From the IMG/VR virus record IMGVR_UViG_3300033076_001223, positions 1 through 55,749 of that record: 55,749 bases of DNA; one strand, given 5' to 3'. The stretch is from a virus. Taxonomy: Duplodnaviria; Caudoviricetes. Shown here piece by piece: positions 29,302 to 38,401 of this stretch (its first letter is position 1; every line of letters starts with the position of its first letter). The position numbers were made by a program, and so were the translations under genes. Under the pieces are notes generated by a model. That model ran no database searches and was not told the DNA's origin. It saw only the letters and a list, made by a program, of their open reading frames with translations.

Positions 29302-29756
29302 TGGATCTGGCCGTTGCCACTGAGCTGGTGAAGCAGTTCGAGGGCTTTCGGGCTCGGCCGTACCTGTGCCCGGCCGGCGTCCCTACGATCGGGTACGGCT
29401 CGACGCATTATGCCGACGGGAGCTCCGTAACGCTGGACGATCCGCCTATCGGCCGTGAGGCGGCTCAGGAGCTGGCCGAGCTTGAACTCCGGGCTCGTTG
29501 CCTCCCGGCTGTTCTGCGCCTCTGCCCGGAGGCTTTCCGCAATCCAAACCTCGCAAACGCCTTGGCGGACTTTTGTTATAACCTCGGTACTGGTAGGCTA
29601 CAGACCAGCACCTTGCGCCGAAAAGTGAACTCCCGAGACTGGACCGGGGCGCGAGAGCAGTTGAGGAGGTGGGTCCGCGGAGGCGGCCGCGTCCTTCCGG
29701 GTCTTGTCGCGAGGCGTGAGGCTGAAGTAGCCCTTCTGCCCTTGGGGAGTGAATGA
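29301..29756 (+). CDS. Endolysin, GH24 lysozyme
   Basis: FEG...PYLCPAGVPTIGYG, F.YNLG, L.GLV.RR..E. Confidence 0.93.
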   Translation: MDLAVATELVKQFEGFRARPYLCPAGVPTIGYGSTHYADGSSVTLDDPPIGREAAQELAELELRARCLPAVLRLCPEAFRNPNLANALADFCYNLGTGRLQTSTLRRKVNSRDWTGAREQLRRWVRGGGRVLPGLVARREAEVALLPLGSE

Positions 29757-30109
29757 TGATCGAAGTTCTGATTAGCCGGGTCTTCCATAGCCGCAATCTG
29801 GCGCACTGGAACCACTGGCGCACCAAGTCCTACGCCCAGCACAAGGCGCTGGGCAAGTTCTACGACGACGTGATCGGCGCGCTGGACGACATCGTCGAAG
29901 CCTATCAGGGCGCCTTCGAGCTGGTCGGAACGATCCCGGCGCCGGAAAAGACCGACAGCGACATTCTCAAGCACCTCGAAGCCGAAGCGGCTTGGATCGA
30001 GGAGCACCATGACGAAATCTGCAAGGGCAATCGAGCCATCGCCAATCTCATCGATGCACTCGGCGACGTATATCTTGGCACCATCTACAAGCTGCGGAAT
30101 TTGAAATAG
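29753..30109 (+). CDS. Dps/ferritin-like four-helix protein (DUF5856-like)
   Basis: H..HW.T.SYAQH.AL..FYD......D...EAYQG...YKL. Confidence 0.8.
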   Translation: MMIEVLISRVFHSRNLAHWNHWRTKSYAQHKALGKFYDDVIGALDDIVEAYQGAFELVGTIPAPEKTDSDILKHLEAEAAWIEEHHDEICKGNRAIANLIDALGDVYLGTIYKLRNLK

Positions 30110-30111
30110 CC

Positions 30112-30333
30112 ATGGATTACCAAGTTCTTTTCAACTCCGCCGTCTGTGTTGCTGCCTTTTTCGGGGGGTGGATATTGAACAATATCTACAAAGCAGTAGA
30201 GCGGCTGGACAAAGACGTCCGCAACATACCGCACGATTACGTGTCGCGCTCGGACTACAGAGACGACATGAAAGAAGTCAAACAGATGCTTGGCAAGATC
30301 TTCGACAAGCTCGATGGGAAAGTAGATAAATGA
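30112..30333 (+). CDS. Small TM + coiled-coil protein
   Basis: GW.LN.I...YV.R.DY..D...IF.KLD.K.DK. Confidence 0.7.
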   Translation: MDYQVLFNSAVCVAAFFGGWILNNIYKAVERLDKDVRNIPHDYVSRSDYRDDMKEVKQMLGKIFDKLDGKVDK

Positions 30334-30992
30334 CCCACAGCGCCGTTGCGATGACCTTCACGACGTTGCAGCAGGACATCCGGCGCTACCTTGAGCGCGG
30401 GGCGACGCTGGCGTCTGACGCTGTCGTCTATGAGCAAATCCCGCGCCTTATCAATCTGGCCGAGCGCCGCATCGCGCGCGAGCTGAAGGTTCAGGGCTTC
30501 ATTAACGTGGTCACCGGCACCATGACGCCGAGCCTTTCCGTCTACGACAAACCTGACCGCTGGCGCGATACGATCAGTATCAACATCGGCACCGGCGAAG
30601 ACAACAACACGCGCCAGTTCCTCTTCACGCGCAGCTATGAGTACCTGCGCAGCTACTGGCCCGACAGTACGCAGACCGGCACCCCGCAGTTCTATGGCGA
30701 CTATGATTACAGCCACTGGCTGGTCGTGCCGTCGCCTGACGCCGCGTACCCGTTCGAGATCCTGTACTACGAGCTGCCGCCGCTTTTGAGCGAAGAGGTT
30801 CAGACCAACTGGATCACGGAATACGCGCCGGAGCTTCTTCTCTACGCGTCTCTGCTAGAGGCAACGCCTTTCCTCAAGGCCGACGAGCGCATACAGGTCT
30901 GGCAGGCCATGTATGATCGCGCCGCTGCCATGCTGAACGGCGAGGATCTCAAGAAAATCTTGGACCGTTCGACGGTTCGCAAGGAGGCTTAA
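30330..30992 (+). CDS. Tail adaptor (tubular protein A-like)
   Basis: LINLAE.RI.RELK, P.PD.AY, TNW....AP.LLLY..L.EA. Confidence 0.8.
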   Translation: MTHSAVAMTFTTLQQDIRRYLERGATLASDAVVYEQIPRLINLAERRIARELKVQGFINVVTGTMTPSLSVYDKPDRWRDTISINIGTGEDNNTRQFLFTRSYEYLRSYWPDSTQTGTPQFYGDYDYSHWLVVPSPDAAYPFEILYYELPPLLSEEVQTNWITEYAPELLLYASLLEATPFLKADERIQVWQAMYDRAAAMLNGEDLKKILDRSTVRKEA

Positions 30993-32204
30993 ATGTCCGT
31001 CTACACGCAGGTTTTTGGCGGATCTACCATCTATCCGTCGGACGTGTCTTATCTCGCTCTGGCCCTCACCGAGGACACGGCGCTGGCGTGGCCTCTCGAG
31101 GCCAACGTCGGCCCGGACATCGTGGCGCGCATCGTCGACGTCACGCCGTCGGGCGCGTATTCCATCTTCATGCCCCCGGCCGACGAGACCGGCGTGGGCC
31201 AGACGGTGCTGTTCAACAACCTCGGGCCCAGCACCATCACGATCAAGGACAGCACGGGCGGCACGCTGATCTCCATCGATCAGGGCCAGCAGTGGCAGCT
31301 CTACCTCACCGACAACACCACGGCGGCCGGGTCTTGGCGCACGTTCCGTTATGGCGCGGCCACCGCGCAGGCGCAGGCCTCCGCCCTCGCCGGCTATGGC
31401 CTTGTGGCGCAGGGCAGCGTGCTGTCTCAGGCCTACCCTACGGTCACGTTTAACGCTAACTACACGGCTGGCGCGGCCGACCGCGCGGCTCTGTATGTGT
31501 GGGAGGGCGGCGTTGGCACCCTGAGCCTGCCCGCCGCCGCCGGTGTCGGCAACGGCTTCTTTATCTCCGCGCGCAACGGCGGCAGCGGAAATCTCACCAT
31601 CGACCCGGCTGGTTCGGAGCAGATCAATGGCGCATCGACGCTGACCCTGCGCCCCGGCGACAGCGCTGTCCTGAACAGCGACGGCATCGGTTGGTTCACC
31701 GTGGGCTTCGGTCAGGACGCGGTTTTCGCGTTCGACTACACGTCCATCGACCTGACCGGGCAGAGCAGCCCCTATGTGCTGTCAGGCGCCGAGCTGAACC
31801 GCATCGCCTACAAGTTCATCGGCACCTTGCTGGCCGACATGGTCATCGAAGTCCCGGGCACGACGCAGCAGTACTGGGTGGACAACTCCACCACCGGCTC
31901 CTACACGCTCGGCCTCGCTACGGCTTCGCAGACCCCGGCCGTGAACGTCGTGCAGGGGTCGCGCGGCATCTTCTACTGCGACGGTACCGAGGTCGTTAAC
32001 GCCGACACGGCGGCTATCGCCACGCCCATTTCCATCGCCGACGGCGGCACGGGCGCGACGTCGGCGGGCGGCGCGCTCATCAATCTGGGCGGCACGACGA
32101 CCGGCATCGCAGTGTTCACGGCAGCTAACGCCGCAGCCGCGCGCGCGGCCATCGACGCCGTAGGCACCGACGACAGCTACAGCTTTGCGGTGGCGATCAG
32201 CTAA
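30993..32204 (+). CDS. Tail structural protein
   Basis: Beta-rich; LP.A..., IADGGTGAT motif. Confidence 0.7.
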   Translation: MSVYTQVFGGSTIYPSDVSYLALALTEDTALAWPLEANVGPDIVARIVDVTPSGAYSIFMPPADETGVGQTVLFNNLGPSTITIKDSTGGTLISIDQGQQWQLYLTDNTTAAGSWRTFRYGAATAQAQASALAGYGLVAQGSVLSQAYPTVTFNANYTAGAADRAALYVWEGGVGTLSLPAAAGVGNGFFISARNGGSGNLTIDPAGSEQINGASTLTLRPGDSAVLNSDGIGWFTVGFGQDAVFAFDYTSIDLTGQSSPYVLSGAELNRIAYKFIGTLLADMVIEVPGTTQQYWVDNSTTGSYTLGLATASQTPAVNVVQGSRGIFYCDGTEVVNADTAAIATPISIADGGTGATSAGGALINLGGTTTGIAVFTAANAAAARAAIDAVGTDDSYSFAVAIS

Positions 32205-33985
32205 TGGCCGAGAACATCGTCCGCATAGCGTCTCAGCCGGGTATCAAGCGAGACGGCACCAAGTTCGAAGGCGACAATTACGTCGACGGACGCTGGGTGC
32301 GGTTTCAGCGCGGCCTTCCGCGCAAGATCGGCGGCTATCGGGCGATCAACAAGTATCTGCAGGGTCTGGTTCGCTCGCTGGACGTTTACACCAAGAACCA
32401 GCTTACCTACGTGCACGCGGGATCGGCCAGCTTGGTCGAGCGCTTTTACATCGACAGCTCGAACAACACCTCTGTCATCACAGACAGAACGCCCAGCACG
32501 CTGGTCCTCGATGATCGTAACCTTTGGCAGTTCGACACCGATCACGACGGCAATGGCGATTTGCAGCTCATCGCGCAGGTCGCGCCCAATCTCAACTGCA
32601 TTTGCAACAACGAGGGCGGCCAGCTCTTCTACGGCGATCTTTTCGGCACGGGTGCGCTCACGGAGCTGACCGTTGGCGGAGGCGAGCTGCCCACCGGCGT
32701 AAGCCTGACGGGCGGCGTCGTAGCCCTGCACCCCTACACGTTTGTCTTTGGAGATCAGGGCTACGTCGCGTGGTCCGTTCCGGGCGACCCCACAGACTTT
32801 ACGGGCGCCGGATCCGGCGCGGCAAACATCACCAGCCAGAAGCTCGTTCGTGGCATTCCTCTGCGCGGTGGCCCGGGCAACGCCCCCTCGGGGCTCTTCT
32901 GGTCCGCTGACAGCCTGCTACGCGCCTCGTTTGTGGGCGGCGACGCGGTTTTTCAGTTCGACACGATCTCCACGCAGTCGTCGATCCTGTCGGCGCAGTC
33001 GGTCATCGAGTACGATGGAATTTTCTACTGGATCGGCACCGACCGTTTCTTGATGTTCAACGGCGTCGTGCGCGAGGTCGAGAACAACCTCAACATCAAC
33101 TTCTTCTTCGACAACCTGAACTATCAGTACCGCCAGAAGGTCTTCGCGACCAAAGTCCCGCGCTTCGGCGAGATCTGGTTCTGCTTTCCGTTCGGGACGT
33201 CCACGGAGCCCAACTGGGCGGTCATCTACAACGTCCGCGAAAACACATGGTACGACACACCCCTGCCCGAAGGTGGGCGCGGCGCTGGCGCCTTCGCGAC
33301 CGTGTTCCGCAAGCCGCTGATGAGCGGCGTGCAGCCCCAGAATTACAACGCGCAAAGCGTTGAGATAGACGACCCGGGCACTGGCTACACCGCTGGCGAC
33401 GTCCTGACGCTGTCCGGCGGCCAGTACGCCATCCCGGTCGAGCTGACTGTCACGGGCGAGACGGGCGGCGTCATCGACACGGTCAGCATCACGAATGCCG
33501 GCAATTACACCGTCACGCCGGCGGACCCGGTGGCCGCCACGGGCGGCACGGGTGTCGACGCGGCCTTCAACGTCACTTTCAACCAGCCCTATAATTTCTG
33601 GATCCACGAGGTCGGCACGGACGCCATAAACGGTCAGAGCCAGCAGCCGATCCTCTCCTACTTCGAGACGGGCGACATCTCGATGCCCGTTCAGCAGCAA
33701 ATTAACAAGGCGCTTCAGGTACTTATTCTGGAACCGGACTTCGTGCAGTCCGGCCCCCTGACGGTGCAGGTGCGCGGCCGTGCCAACGCCCGCGCGCCCG
33801 AGGTCAACGGCGAGAGCAAGACCATCGTCGAGACGCCTCAGACGCCACAGGAACAAATCATATACTTCAAGGAACAGCGCCGCGAATTGCGCTTTTACTT
33901 CGAGAGCAACGCGCTCGGCGGCGACTACCAGATGGGCCTCGTGCTGGCCCACCTGCAGCCCGGCGACGGCACGGTGATCGGATGA
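32204..33985 (+). CDS. Tail nozzle (tubular protein B / P22 gp10-like)
   Basis: WVRFQRG.P.KIGG, F.EIW..FP, YN..E..WY. Confidence 0.8.
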   Translation: MAENIVRIASQPGIKRDGTKFEGDNYVDGRWVRFQRGLPRKIGGYRAINKYLQGLVRSLDVYTKNQLTYVHAGSASLVERFYIDSSNNTSVITDRTPSTLVLDDRNLWQFDTDHDGNGDLQLIAQVAPNLNCICNNEGGQLFYGDLFGTGALTELTVGGGELPTGVSLTGGVVALHPYTFVFGDQGYVAWSVPGDPTDFTGAGSGAANITSQKLVRGIPLRGGPGNAPSGLFWSADSLLRASFVGGDAVFQFDTISTQSSILSAQSVIEYDGIFYWIGTDRFLMFNGVVREVENNLNINFFFDNLNYQYRQKVFATKVPRFGEIWFCFPFGTSTEPNWAVIYNVRENTWYDTPLPEGGRGAGAFATVFRKPLMSGVQPQNYNAQSVEIDDPGTGYTAGDVLTLSGGQYAIPVELTVTGETGGVIDTVSITNAGNYTVTPADPVAATGGTGVDAAFNVTFNQPYNFWIHEVGTDAINGQSQQPILSYFETGDISMPVQQQINKALQVLILEPDFVQSGPLTVQVRGRANARAPEVNGESKTIVETPQTPQEQIIYFKEQRRELRFYFESNALGGDYQMGLVLAHLQPGDGTVIG

Positions 33986-34215
33986 TCGATCCTCGCGGCA
34001 TGTCTTTGCGCGACTGGGCCGATAGTGTAATACTGTCCGTCGGCGACGCTTGGTCTTTCGGCCGTCTGGACGACGAAGATCGCTGGCAAGACTGGGCGGT
34101 TGGTTTTGTACGCGCGACACCCTTTTCGCAGCGCAACCCGCCAGACCCATATCAATTCAAGGATTGGCGGGAATGGGCCATGCGCGCGTATCCTATGCTT
34201 GAGGGAAGTGGCTGA
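33982..34215 (+). CDS. Small Trp-rich virion protein
   Basis: P.PY.F.DWREWA. Confidence 0.7.
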   Translation: MIDPRGMSLRDWADSVILSVGDAWSFGRLDDEDRWQDWAVGFVRATPFSQRNPPDPYQFKDWREWAMRAYPMLEGSG

Positions 34216-36029
34216 TGGCCGACGATTTCTACTCTCCCGGCGGCTATACGCGCGAGCAGGAAGCCTACCTGCAGTCGCTGCGCGACGCTTTCAACGATCT
34301 CGCCGGGCGCTACCCGGGCGCGGCGCTGATCATGCCCGACTTCATGAACCCGACGTACAATCAGCCGTCGGAAGATCCCAACGTCGAGGTCGACACGTGG
34401 ACGCCGCACTACGCGCCGGGCTCTGAGATCGACACGGCGATGGCCTCGGGCCTGACGCCCGAGCAGATGATCTCCAACCTCGGCTATGGCGTCGTGAACT
34501 ACGGCGACGTCAAGACGGGTGGCACGAAGACCGGCACGCCGGGCGTTGGCTACCAGTACCTGACGCCGGGTCAGACCTATACGCTGATCGACAATGTCAC
34601 TGGCAAGCAGATGGGCCCCTCGGCGACGACGCCCGAAGAGCTGCGCGCCCTGTCTGATCTGGCCAATCTCACTTCCAGCTCGCGCGGCAACAAGGCCAAC
34701 TGGTCTATCGTCACGGGTTACGGCACCGACGCGCAGAAGCCGGTGGCGTCGGACGTAAAAGATCCCGACAAGAACCTAGACTGGCTGTACATCCTCCCCG
34801 CCATCGCGGCAGCCGCGATCGGCGCGCCGTACCTGCTGGGCGGCCTGTCCAGCTTGGGTGGTGCTGCTGGGGCCGCAGGCGCCGGAGCTGCCGGGGCGGC
34901 GGGCGGCACTGCGGCGGGCTCCGTTCTCGGGGCGCTCGCTCCTTTTGCGGGAGAGACCGCTATCAGCACGGCACTGGCCCCCACGCTTGCGTCGACGCTA
35001 GTTCCCGCGGCTGTTGCCGGCGGTGCTCTTGGCGCGGGTCTTTCATCGCTATCGAGCGGATCCGCGGCTACTCAGCCGCCGGTGAGCCCGGGTGTCGAGG
35101 AGGTAGTAACTACCGCTCCGGTGTCCGTCCCGTCGTACGTCCCTCCTGCTGTCGCCAGCGGGGGTTTGGCGGCCGCCGGAACGTCAGCCGCGCCTATCGA
35201 AACCACGACATCCACGGCGGAAGCGCCTGCCGGAAGCAACATAAACGACATTCTAGACACGCTCGCGGCTGGCAGCACTTTGCCGCCTATCGTCGGAGGC
35301 GAAACGACTACGGTGACCGGGAACGCGTCGCCCACGGACCAGCAGACCCTTCAAGGCGACCTAGACGCAAAGTTGGCGCTTGAGCTGGGCGCTATCGGCG
35401 CCACTGTCCCCGCGCTTTCCGGGGCAACTGCTCCTGCCACACCCGCGCCCTCTTCGCCCGACTACCTGAGCTACATTCGCACGGCACTCGGCCTCGCCTC
35501 GCTCCTCGGCGGTGGTTCGGGCGGCTCTGGCGCGGGGGCAGGAACCGGCACGGTGCCCGGCGGCGCGGGGCAGATGCCTGCGGGTTTCGGCGGTACCGGC
35601 CCGCTGCCGACCGGCTCAAACATTCCGTCTTTCGGCGGCGGCACGTCGGCTGCTGATCGCGCGCCCCGCGACATGAGCGACGTAGACTGGAAGCGCTACG
35701 GTTTCGGCCCGGAGCGCAGTTTCTTCGCGAACGTGCCGCAGCGCTTTGCGGCTGGCGGCTCCACGCCGGCACCGAAGCGGGCGTTTGCCGTGAAGGGCCC
35801 CGGCGATGGGCGCAGCGATGACATCCCCGCCGTCCTGAGCGACGGCGAATACGTTATCGACGCCGAGACCGTCGCGCTGCTGGGCAACGGATCCAACAAG
35901 GCGGGCGCCGCCAAGCTGGATCGTTTCCGCGCCAACGTGCGCAAACACAAGGGCAAGGAGCTGGCCAAGGGCCGCTTCAGCGCCAATGCTAAAAACCCGC
36001 AAGCCTACATGGCCGGAGGACGTTCGTAA
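34215..36029 (+). CDS. Ejection/internal virion protein with C-terminal GPG.GRSD.IPA.LS.GEYV domain
   Basis: G/A-rich hydrophobic middle; FAAGG followed by the conserved domain; ends YMAGGRS. Confidence 0.75.
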   Translation: MADDFYSPGGYTREQEAYLQSLRDAFNDLAGRYPGAALIMPDFMNPTYNQPSEDPNVEVDTWTPHYAPGSEIDTAMASGLTPEQMISNLGYGVVNYGDVKTGGTKTGTPGVGYQYLTPGQTYTLIDNVTGKQMGPSATTPEELRALSDLANLTSSSRGNKANWSIVTGYGTDAQKPVASDVKDPDKNLDWLYILPAIAAAAIGAPYLLGGLSSLGGAAGAAGAGAAGAAGGTAAGSVLGALAPFAGETAISTALAPTLASTLVPAAVAGGALGAGLSSLSSGSAATQPPVSPGVEEVVTTAPVSVPSYVPPAVASGGLAAAGTSAAPIETTTSTAEAPAGSNINDILDTLAAGSTLPPIVGGETTTVTGNASPTDQQTLQGDLDAKLALELGAIGATVPALSGATAPATPAPSSPDYLSYIRTALGLASLLGGGSGGSGAGAGTGTVPGGAGQMPAGFGGTGPLPTGSNIPSFGGGTSAADRAPRDMSDVDWKRYGFGPERSFFANVPQRFAAGGSTPAPKRAFAVKGPGDGRSDDIPAVLSDGEYVIDAETVALLGNGSNKAGAAKLDRFRANVRKHKGKELAKGRFSANAKNPQAYMAGGRS

Positions 36030-37066
36030 TGGCTCTGCTTGATTTTCTGACCGAAGGCACGCCGATCCCGGCAGGCTCGGCCCCCGTCGCCAAGACCACC
36101 ACGTCTGCGGTACCGGACTGGTACACGAACTATGCGCAGGAGCTGCTGGCGGGCCAGAAGAACATCTCCACAACGCCGTATCCGACGTATCAGGGCCCGC
36201 GCATCGCGGGGTTCACGCCGGTGCAACAGCAGGGTATGGAGCAGACGATCGGCGCCGCCGGACTTGCTATGCCCGCCATTCGGCAGGGCATGAGCGTCGC
36301 CGAGCAGCAGATCGGCAAGTCCGGCCTGTCCGCCGCGCAGCCCTATCTTTCGGGCGCGGCGGCGCCTGCCTACAGCAACATCGCCAGCTACATGAACCCC
36401 TACAACGAGGCGGTCGTCAGCCGCATCGGCGAGCTGGGCGCTCGTACTCTGCGCGAGCAGCTCCTGCCGCAGATCAGCGACAAGTTCATCGGCGCCGGTC
36501 AGTTCGGCAGCACGCGTCAGGCCGAGATGGTCGGTCGCGGCTTGCGCGACGTCTACGAGAGCACGCTGGCCAAGCAGGCCGAGGCGCTGCAGAGCGGCTA
36601 TGGCGGGGCCTTGACCGCGGCACAGGAAGACCTGCGTCGTCAGGCGCAGCTCGCTCAGACCGCCGGCGATCTGGGGACCGAGGGCGTCACCTCCGGCTTG
36701 AACGTCGCCAAGACCCTCGCCGATCTGGGCACCACGGCTCAGACCTCGGGTCTGGCGGGCGCCAAGGCCGTCACCGACGTCGGCGCGGCGCAGCAGGCTC
36801 TCGACCAGCAGAACCTCACGCTGGCCTATCAGGACTTCCTCAAGCAGCAGGGCTACCCGCAGGAGCAGATCGACGCGGCGCTCAAGACCCTCACCGGTGT
36901 TGGTGGCGCTGGCGCGGTGCCCAAGGCCACGACGGAAGTCGGCGTGCAGCCGACATCGTACCCGCAAGAATACACGCCCAGCGCCCTATCGACCGGCCTG
37001 AGCACGCTTACCGCGGGAGCAGGCGCGTTGAAGCTGCTTAAAGACGCCGGTATCAATATCTTTTAA
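36029..37066 (+). CDS. Ejection protein
   Basis: PDW, Y.G.RIA.FT..Q, YMNPY...V, AG.FG.TRQ; Q-rich. Confidence 0.8.
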   Translation: MALLDFLTEGTPIPAGSAPVAKTTTSAVPDWYTNYAQELLAGQKNISTTPYPTYQGPRIAGFTPVQQQGMEQTIGAAGLAMPAIRQGMSVAEQQIGKSGLSAAQPYLSGAAAPAYSNIASYMNPYNEAVVSRIGELGARTLREQLLPQISDKFIGAGQFGSTRQAEMVGRGLRDVYESTLAKQAEALQSGYGGALTAAQEDLRRQAQLAQTAGDLGTEGVTSGLNVAKTLADLGTTAQTSGLAGAKAVTDVGAAQQALDQQNLTLAYQDFLKQQGYPQEQIDAALKTLTGVGGAGAVPKATTEVGVQPTSYPQEYTPSALSTGLSTLTAGAGALKLLKDAGINIF

Positions 37067-37076
37067 GGAACGAGCC

Positions 37077-37751
37077 ATGAGCAGCCCCGGACTGTCCTAT
37101 TTTGACGAGGATGAAAACGCCGAAGACATCTCCATGCTGTCTCCTGATATGCAGGCGGCTTATAGCCAGCTCGAGGCAAGCAATCGTGCCCGCGCTGCCG
37201 CGCTGGAGAAAAACGTCTACGCGCCGCAGCGCGAGCTGTGGGACAAGTACACGAAAGACTTGGAAGCGCGTCGCGCGGGCCCCAGCGCCGCCGAGAACCT
37301 GCTTGCTCTTAGCGCTGCTCTTTCCCAGCCGACCAGATACCGCGGTTTCGGCGGGATGATTGCAAACGTCGCGCCTGTGCTGGCGGAACAGCAGAAAGCT
37401 GCGCGCGCTGCCGAAGATGCCAAGCGTGATTTGCTGATGAAATACAGCATGGAGACAGGCAAACTGGGCCTTGAGCAAAAGAGAGCAGAGATCGATGCTG
37501 CTCAGGAACTTGCTCAAGCTCGGTTCAAGGCGTTGTCGGATCAGTATCGCATCGCGAATACGCCGAAGTGGGTACAGGTTCCTGACGGGCGCGGCGGATT
37601 TACGCTCATGCAGGTGACGCCCAGCTCGATGCAGCAACGTACCAATGCCCGTCCGCCGGGTGTGGGGCCCGACTGGACGCTCGAGCAAGACGCTGCCGGC
37701 AACACCGCGTGGGTGAGCCCTGACCGTAAGCAGCACGTAGAGGTGAAGTGA
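37077..37751 (+). CDS. Ejection protein
   Basis: Helical, A/Q-rich; position in ejection cluster. Confidence 0.65.
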   Translation: MSSPGLSYFDEDENAEDISMLSPDMQAAYSQLEASNRARAAALEKNVYAPQRELWDKYTKDLEARRAGPSAAENLLALSAALSQPTRYRGFGGMIANVAPVLAEQQKAARAAEDAKRDLLMKYSMETGKLGLEQKRAEIDAAQELAQARFKALSDQYRIANTPKWVQVPDGRGGFTLMQVTPSSMQQRTNARPPGVGPDWTLEQDAAGNTAWVSPDRKQHVEVK

Positions 37752-38398
37752 TGGCGTTTGATCTTAAAACTGCTCGTCCCGTCTCTGAAAGCGCTACACC
37801 CGGAATGCTTAAAGTTCCGGGCAATCCTTTGGCGGAGAAAAAAGATCTTGCGGATCTCGCCATCAAATACCAGCAGCTCGCAGACGCAAAACGAAAGTCA
37901 AAAAAGCCGACATACGCCGAAGTCGCGGGAGCGGCCGCGGCAAAAGCCGAGGGACAGGCTGTGGGCAAGGACCGCGCGAATGCTAGGCAAAACCTGCCGT
38001 CTGCCGTCGCGGCCGCCAAAGCCACTACCGCCAAGATACAGCAACTGCTTTCGCATCCCGGTTTCGAGGCGTTGGTTGGCAGACCCAACCCCTTCAAAGG
38101 TGGTTTAGGCGTATACACAATCCCCGGTTCTAGCGCCCGCGGTGCTGAAACGCTTTTCAACCAAATAAAAGGCACAGCGTTTCTTGCGGGTGTTCAGGCC
38201 TTGCGCGGAACCGGTCCGGTGTCCGAACGCGAAGGCAAGGCGGCCGAAGCGGCTATTCAGCGAATGAGTACCGCGCAAAGCGAAGATGAGTTTAAGCAGG
38301 CCGCGCAAGAGTATGTCGACGCCATGGAGCGCGGCATCGCGGCCATGCGAGAAAATGCTAAAATGCCCGCTACTTCTGTCGCCGAAGGGGATGAATAA
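37748..38398 (+). CDS. Ejection protein (P22 gp20-like C-terminal pattern)
   Basis: QIKG.AFL.....LRG.G.VSE.EG......A...L...QSE.EF. Confidence 0.65.
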   Translation: MMAFDLKTARPVSESATPGMLKVPGNPLAEKKDLADLAIKYQQLADAKRKSKKPTYAEVAGAAAAKAEGQAVGKDRANARQNLPSAVAAAKATTAKIQQLLSHPGFEALVGRPNPFKGGLGVYTIPGSSARGAETLFNQIKGTAFLAGVQALRGTGPVSEREGKAAEAAIQRMSTAQSEDEFKQAAQEYVDAMERGIAAMRENAKMPATSVAEGDE

Positions 38399-38401
38399 CA
38401 T

